DNA of 56,552 bases, filler included, from Porpidia crustulata (taxonomy: Eukaryota): NCBI GenBank assembly GCA_964255105.1. It is 4 parts of 4 records of this genome, joined end to end, with 100 filler letters (N's around TTAATTAATTAA, not from the genome) between each part and the next. Parts side by side here need not be neighbours in the genome. Positions count along the whole stretch, not along the records: positions 42,523 to 56,552 come from CAXUWE010000398.1; 3 more parts are not named here. One strand, given 5' to 3'. Positions 49,473 to 56,552 of this stretch are shown piece by piece. Position 1 is the first letter of the stretch; every line of letters starts with the position of its first letter. The notes beneath the pieces were generated by a model. It was not told the origin of the DNA, searched no databases, and worked only from the letters and a program-made list of their open reading frames with translations. The translations under genes were made by a program, and so were the position numbers.

Positions 49473-50369
49473 TCATTCCATCAAAGTAGCAGAAATATGC
49501 TGCGGTAAGAGAGTTTCTTCCTCCAGAAGTTCAGCAACAGCAGCATCGTTACCAGCTATCTCAGTACCCTCAAGCTCGATTTCGACTTCGTCAGCGTCAT
49601 CATCACCACCTGGTCCAAAAATCCCATGGGCAGCGGCACCGCGGTGCATCTGTCCAAAGTCGGCGGGCTTGTCTTCTGACCAAGGAACCCATTTCCTTCT
49701 AGATTGGACCACTCGACACCTCACGGCAAACACTTGCTCGCCTTCGGCAACGTTCTTCTGCAGCCATGCCGCGCTGAGCTTCTTCTCCACTTTGACCTTC
49801 GGGTTGGCCTCTTCTGGAAGAAGGGGCGGAGCACCTGAAGCAACGGCAGCAGCATTGAGAGCTTCAGCGACCGGGGCTTCGGACTCGACGACGACGGCGC
49901 TGTTGGTGCCTCTACGGGCCTCAATATCGGCGTCGAGGAACGTTCTGATCGCGACCACCATGTAAGCTTTACCTTTGCAGTCCTTCGTAGCTAGTAATTT
50001 GTCCACCTCTTCCCGATACTTCGCGTAAAGCTTCTCCCATTTTTCCGGATGTAGATCCAAGCTCCTTGTTACAACTCTTTTACTCTGGAAGTTTGCGGCA
50101 TTGTCCGAAGAGTGCGACGTTTGCAGACCTAGCATCCGATACAGCTTCGCCTCGGTGTTGCTCTCTCGGTTAGCGTTCAACGTGATCTGTACATTCGTGT
50201 CGGCGACTTCCACGGGATCGTCAAAGAAGTCCTGTGGCAAGCGTTTTGGAGCGTAGACGTCCGATGGGTAGCGAGGGTCTGCTACAACGCGGCCCAAGAG
50301 CTTTGTCGCCCAAGCCGCGGGCAGCTTGTCTGCGAGGAGGACGTAGGGTCTCTTCCCATCCGAGGCCAT
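49473..50369 (-). CDS. Fungal gasdermin-like pore-forming protein (HET-Q1/RCD-1 superfamily)
   Basis: Intronless, 298 aa, the size range of fungal gasdermins. N-terminal LLGRVVADPRYP, first beta-hairpin region, central AYMVVAIRT, second hairpin region, GEQVFAVRCRVV, then a ~45-aa acidic tail. Adjacent to a protease gene. Based on motif recall, not an HMM hit. Confidence 0.78.
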   Translation of the reverse strand: MASDGKRPYVLLADKLPAAWATKLLGRVVADPRYPSDVYAPKRLPQDFFDDPVEVADTNVQITLNANRESNTEAKLYRMLGLQTSHSSDNAANFQSKRVVTRSLDLHPEKWEKLYAKYREEVDKLLATKDCKGKAYMVVAIRTFLDADIEARRGTNSAVVVESEAPVAEALNAAAVASGAPPLLPEEANPKVKVEKKLSAAWLQKNVAEGEQVFAVRCRVVQSRRKWVPWSEDKPADFGQMHRGAAAHGIFGPGGDDDADEVEIELEGTEIAGNDAAVAELLEEETLLPQHISATLME

Positions 50370-51293
50370 GTTCGCATGGCTACAACATGGAATGATGGGA
50401 TGGTAAGCATTTGCGAGAGACCTAGCAGTAAAGTGCGAGATAACCGGGGTCGGTCGGACGACCCCCCCTGTCTAGTGCCACAAGGCTAGAGTGGGTTCCG
50501 GAGCGCTACCATTGAAGCCTGGAGTGCCTGGCATCGACCCCATTCACGCCTCTTAAAAAATCTTCCCCACTGGTCATTCCAGCGCCCGACAGATTCTCCA
50601 GATCGCTCATCACCATAGTGCCAGCGTGCCCATGAAGCAAATAGTGGGTATGAGTCTCGGAGGACTCGGCGAACCGTCCTTTTCTGCTCCCCAACCATAT
50701 TCCACCTCATCCGGCCATAGGACAGCTGGATATGTTGTATCCCGCTCGCGGTGAACTTCTATCCATGGGTGAAATTCACGAACATGGACTGTAACGTTCA
50801 GAGAATAACTAGTTTGATTTTGAGATCGGTCTATCGTTTCGGTCGTGAATGCAGTGCTCCGTTATGGATAGAAGAGGTTCATTGATAAACAGTCTGTTCA
50901 CGATATGGATGATAAGATTCATCTGTGGAACCAATCGGTATTCATGAATATGGATGTTTGAGCGCGCTTGATTCATGAGTTCATTCTAGGGAGGTGAAAC
51001 GTAAGCTACGCTTCCCAGAATCAGAGATCTTCTAGTAATAGATAAAATATGACCGTATATATATGAAGGCAATAATAGGACTATGAATCAAAGTTAGAGA
51101 CTATGAAGATGAATCTGTGGGGTAGTGCTGAGTGAGGCTCTTTGATTGGCTGCCTTGCTTTCAATGCCTCGAGAGCCGCAAGTCTGAGAGCTGCAAGGCT
51201 TTGGCTACCTATTTTCCGTGAGTTCTGATGAACTGCCACGGTGACTGTCTTACACTCACCAGATAAATTCTATTTTCGCGAGAGATACTTACG

Positions 51294-54200
51294 ATGTCCT
51301 CGTCACCATTCCTGAAGTCGCCGATGGACTCGGGCTTGCAGATACTACACGATTCCCCGGAAGCTGAGGTGGACATTGTGTTTTTACATGGCGTGAATGG
51401 ACATATGTTGACGACTTGGACGGATCGCAAGACTTCCGCATGCTGGCCTAGAGACTTTTTGCCAGGAACCATCCCAGATTCTCAAATCTTGACTTATGGA
51501 TATGGACACGCTTCTCCGCGTGTGTCTGTGATGGACATTTACTCCCCTTCAAGGTTTGACGCTATTGCTAGAAATTTGCTGTCTTGCTTGGAAGATGCAA
51601 GAAGCGCAGCTGAATCCCGGCCACTGATCTTCGTTGCACACAGCTTGGGCGGTTTATTTTGAAAAAAGGCGATCATGATGGCTGAGAGTGGGCACAAGAT
51701 AGCCGACCGCAAACTCTCCCATTCAATTTTTGGGATTGTGTTCCTAGGAACTCCTCAACAAGAATCCTCAACGGATTTCGGCCTTCTCGGCGGCATCGCT
51801 GCCTTCACGCAAGCTCTCACAATGTCAGCGCAAGATCAGAGCGAAACCGGTACTAGATCGTTGACGAACCTCAACCGCGAATTTCTAGCTTATGTTCGTC
51901 GTCGAAAGGGTGGGCGAGCTATCAGAATTTTGAGCTGCTTTGAAGAAAATGAAACCGAATTCGTTGGTTCGATTGTGCCGGAGGCGATTGCAATGATCCC
52001 TAACGGGTCAAAGATGTCTCTCCCAGGAGATCACTTGAGAATGGTTAAATTCGGGAGCAAGGAGGACCTTGGCTTCCTCAAAATCTCATCCTTCCTGAAA
52101 ACGTGGACAACAGCGTTGCATATTAGCCAGTCTTCTCTTGCTAACAAGATTGAGAGCGATACCTCCTATTCGGTCGAGTTTGCAAATCGCTCTAGATGCC
52201 TTAATTCCTTAGCTATATACAGTCAAGGTCAAAGAAGAAGCCAGATAGAGTGCGAAACTGCAGGGACAAGCGAGTGGATCCTCAGAAACTCCGATTACCA
52301 GAAGTGGATGGATTTCGATCACAATTCTGCGGGAAACAGTCATCTTTGGATCGAACGTATACCTGGTTCTGGCAAGTCGACGCTAATGCAGTTTCTTGTC
52401 CGTCGTCTCGAGGCACAACCAGTATTTAATATCGTGCCGCTTGCTGTCTTTTTTAAATTTCGTGGTCATAAATTTGAGCGATCTGTTTTGAGCCTTTATG
52501 GATGTTTACTATATCAGCTGCTTCAGATGGTCCCAAACGCGGGGGCGGACTTCTATCGGCGGCTTCTTGAAAAAGAAGAAACTCGAGGAAGATACGCCGA
52601 TTGGAATAGGGAGGAGTTGTCTGAGGCCTTTGAGATGGTGCTAAATTCGTGCCCGCCAAAGCATAGCCGCTTAGTCTTCTTTATTGATGGTCTTGACGGG
52701 TGCGAGGATCTAGAAGGAGGACGGCGTATTGTGGAACATTTCATCCGGCTTAGAGATAGACTTGAGCTTAATGGATCGATCCTCAAGGTTTGCTGGAGCA
52801 CACGGCTAATTTCTGCCTACATTGGTTTCAATGCTGTCCTCCACATTCAAATGGAGCACGAAATTCAAGCGGACATTGAGCGATTCATAAACCGAGGAGT
52901 AGACAAAGCAAGGTGGTCTATCGAATCACAACAAGAGCTGGTCAAGGAGTCAAAAGAACCATTTCGATGGGCTTACCTCGCTATTCAACGAATCGCAAAG
53001 GAAAGAGAAAGGTCGCCTACCAGCATAGCAAACCTCTATGAGAGCGTTTGGGCAGTTTTGGACACTTCAACAAGAAGAAAGGTGGACGAAATCATTCAAT
53101 GGTTGACTTTTGCATTCCAGCCTCTAAAAATTGAGGAATTAGGACTTGGGCTCTCATTTAAGTCAGAAATCCCCCCAAGTTCGTTGAAAGCTGTGACGAC
53201 GGCAGAGAGATTCGCTGCAAATCGTCCGCACCAGCTAGAAAAATTTGTTACGGACACACTAGGACACTTCATTCATACCACTGAAGAGGATGGTAATAGA
53301 CCGGCTACCTTGCAGTTTTCCGATTTGGCAGTCAAAGAATTCCTATGGAAACGAAGCAGTCTTCATCTCTTTGGTATCGAGACGGATGAAGATGCTATTG
53401 CAAAAGCTCATCTAAAACTGGCCAGGGCATGTTGTAATTATGTACGGGTCAATGAAATTACTCAGAATATTCCGGCCGTTTCATCAGATGCAGCGACGTG
53501 GATCAAGCGCCTAGTCGATGCAAAGCCCCAAAATCAAAATATCCTCGCAAGCTTCCAGTGGACATCATTCACGAATTATGTCGTAAGATATCTCTTTCAG
53601 CATGCTCGAAGGTCTTCAATATCCTTTGAGGGTCGAACGGGAATCCTGCAGTCAGAGAAAGTTGGATTCGAGACAAAAAGCTTGATAGCTGGTCTGTTGA
53701 TGCTTTATTGCACAATTTTTTTAAAATTCCGAATCGATAGATAACCATGAAAAAGACCGGGAGCACGTACAGGCCATGGTTGAAAATATTATATCGGTCA
53801 TTCTTGGCCGGAAAGGGCGTTTTTCACAGGATTTGCCTGATAAAGATTTTCGATATCATCGTTCTGGCGTTTCATCTTCCTCTCTACTAACCGTGCATGA
53901 TGCAGTCGTGACCGAGCTTGCCGATCATAGATTTGATTTTGCAATAGCGGACATCGAGATCGAGTGCGAGATTGCTAACTTCATGCATGCCAATTTTGAC
54001 CAATCACAGCCACTAGGTCCAGTACTGGGCCTAATTGGCATTTCTGATGTCACCCAAGCTATAACGTGTGCCGAATATGTCACAAGCAGATGGGGCGGCT
54101 TTGGATTAGCGGTACTTGATTTTGTAGATTTAATGGTCAGAGAAAAACGGCATTATATCGCAGAAAGGCAATCAAATCTCCACATGGCTAGTAAGAGGCC

Positions 54201-55953
54201 CATTCAACCTCTCTGTCTCTTGTACTGATCGATAGCCTGGTGATTAGGAATAGCCATTGAAGATTTGAATATAGTCGCTAGTTGGCAAAGCTCCGGTGGT
54301 CTGGGGTCTCAAGAAAACATTTCGATCCGAGCGGACGGTCCTCCAAAAATACAAGCGGTCTTGATAGAGATATTCTTATGGCTGACTGCTGCGCTGAGGC
54401 ATGCTTCTCTCGACGGGGTGGCTTGCTCTGATGTGTACGTAGCGCTTCGGACGCACCAGTTCCCAAGTGCTTTTCGATGTTCAATTGAATTGAGGGATCT
54501 TAAAAGCCTAAGTAGGAAAAGACCCGGATCTTGCTGGCATGCCATGTATAAGAACACAGTAGTGGTGGATTGTTTGGAGTCAACCAGGGGTGACCCTGGT
54601 GCGGGCCTTGATATCGATTTTCAGCGTTTAGCCAACCTGACTGGTGCAACGACACCCATCGAATACGATGGCGGCGTATTATTCTTAGGTCGGTCATGTT
54701 TACTCATACCAGTGCAGCGACTACCTAATAGAGGATTGTTATGGCATCTACTGTACTCATATGAGGAAGAGCAGATTGAATTGAGTGAAGCCGACAGTCA
54801 AGTTTCGCAGCGTTTGCTTATGAAGAATGCGGAGGAGCTGCTAAGTATCTCCTACCACCGTGTTGGTCTGTGGTCAACGTCCAAGATTGTACTTTGAACT
54901 AAGGAGGCCTATTTTAATAATACTGAGTGGACTACAAAGCCTGAGAAGAAATCAATGTGGCAGTATCAGGGCTTCTCATTGCCATTCACAATGGCTATTC
55001 CTCACGGCCCTGGCCTTGGAATGGTGAACAATTTCGCGGTAACCAAACAACAGTTGAACGGTTCGTCTGGTGAGGTGGACTACATTGCTCTGGTACTGAA
55101 TTTTTCCAAGCGGCCCCTCCTTGTGTACGACCCTCACCCGGCGGCAAGGCAAGCATGGCTGGTACCCACTCTCAGTTTTCTGCTCCATCTCGTACATGTG
55201 TATGCTCGATACTATAATCTCCAAGTCGATCTTCCATATGTCAAAGCTGTATCCGATGGAGGTGCAGCTGCGCTGAAAGCTATTAAAGGTCGAGCAGAAG
55301 ACAAAATATTAGCACTTGGAGACGAAGAGTCAAATATTCTAACACTAGGAAAGCTTTTGAAGATTATGTGTCTCAACATTCTTCGGATGGCACCCAAAAA
55401 AAGCCGTCTACCTTTCGGCGTTGGCACACAGGTTATGGGATATGAGTTTGGTGATATTGCCACGATGGATCCTAAAATTACTCTCAGAAAATCGGAATAC
55501 GCTTTCAATGCTACGCACGAAGTTTGGTCAACATATTTTTCTCCCAGGGTCACTTTTGTACTATGCAAGGGATTGGGAAGAGTCGTCGCACCAGACGAGG
55601 GGGAAATTAGCTCAGCTACGGAAGAAAACATGCTGATCGCTCCGCTCCGATGTTTGGAGCCTTTGGTTCAAAAGTCGTCCAGGAATCTCGCAAAAGGTGT
55701 ACTTGGGGATGGTTATTTCCTTCATTCCCTTCATTCACCATTCGGTCCATGTGACCACTGCTGGACATCGCCGGATGGAACTCAGGCTACTGCAGGTCAT
55801 TACCATCGTATTCAGGGGATAGAGAAGAAACGTTGGATATCGGGTCACCAGTCTGACGAGGACGGTATTGGGACTACAAGATACGGCTTTCCTAGCGGAA
55901 CAATAGTTATCGGCAAATCAGTCGAAACTAAGAACGACATGGTGATTAGGTAG
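51294..55953 (+). pseudogene. Disrupted NLR-like gene: SesB-like alpha/beta-hydrolase + NACHT + uncharacterised C-terminal domain
   Basis: DIVFLHG, WPRDFLP, FVAHSLGG nucleophile elbow, GIVFLGTP, DHLRMVKF. NACHT motifs are degenerate (RIPGSGKST, FIDGLDGC). In-frame TGA at 51660-51662 and 54895-54897, a frame break near 53660-53745, and an intron at 54191-54247. Confidence 0.78.
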
Positions 55954-56552
55954 AATATATTTTGATGACGACGTCATCTAAATATATGGATCAACTCTAC
56001 ATCTCGTTGAACAAGATTGTTCACAAAAATCGCTCGACTAGTCGATTTGATCGTTGTAGAAATTTCAATTTCATCGCAGTCGTCATGATATCACGGACAT
56101 TTCATTTCCGCCTTTTCGAAAGCTTGATTTCAGTGGTTCAAAAGATGGTGGACTTGATGCCGTCGGAGCGCATCCTCAGAAAGCGACGAGCAGTAGTAGA
56201 TGAAACATAGATTTTGAAGACTTTTACCCCTTTATCGCATCGATAGCATTAATTCACGCACTCCTTTCCACCCCCCATAGCGTCAGCAACCTTTCAGGTT
56301 CCCACTTCACCCCCCTTCCTTCGCCTCCCTTTTCTCTTACCTCGGTCGCTCTGGATTCGAAGTCCAGAGATGGATCAAAGAAAAGGAAAAATAAACTGTT
56401 AAGCAGGATTCCGAGCAGTATTCCGAGCGGTGCTTGATCTTCGTCTTCATCTTTATTATTGAATTTAACATCTTCAATAACAATAAAAATAGTGAAGGTG
56501 TTGAAAATAGAGCATCTAGGTCCTACGACTAGGTGTTCGGGGTGCTTACGCT

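Noticed and set aside
51660..54897. In-frame TGAs as selenocysteine or programmed readthrough
   Set aside because: Ascomycetes are not known to use Sec. The accompanying frame break and degenerate Walker motifs point to decay or sequencing error.
43300..56552. Starship giant transposon as carrier of the immune island
   Set aside because: The cargo type fits, but no DUF3435 tyrosine-recombinase captain or boundary repeats are visible in this window. It cannot be supported or excluded.
1..56552. tRNA, rRNA, CRISPR arrays, intact transposases
   Set aside because: None recognised by eye. A tRNAscan-SE/Infernal run would be needed to exclude small RNAs.

Overview
Eukaryotic, intron-containing DNA from a filamentous ascomycete (Pezizomycotina, possibly a lichen-forming lineage; taxon is inference). 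The draft assembly has four N-gaps with artificial spacers. Bases 1-43.3 kb are mostly housekeeping and regulatory genes: V-ATPase c subunit, SNU13, mito-ribosomal mS38, a group II G-alpha, a Yap-like bZIP, a copper-fist TF, an Hcs1/IGHMBP2 helicase, a C2H2 TF, a gap-truncated glutathione peroxidase, an isochorismatase-family hydrolase, a secreted/GPI protein, a PDR ABC transporter and LCL2. Bases 44.5-56 kb form an accessory cell-death/immunity island. It holds an intact, intronless caspase-like CHAT protease-STAND NTPase-TPR gene placed tail-to-tail (18 bp apart) with a fungal gasdermin-like gene, followed by a decaying SesB-lipase/NACHT NLR. Other observations: short inverted-repeat elements enclosing telomeric (TAACCC)n sequence upstream of three genes, a Cys-rich uORF overlapping the copper-TF start, and repeated C-rich to G-rich strand-skew switches. 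All calls come from manual reading and motif recall; no database searches were run.
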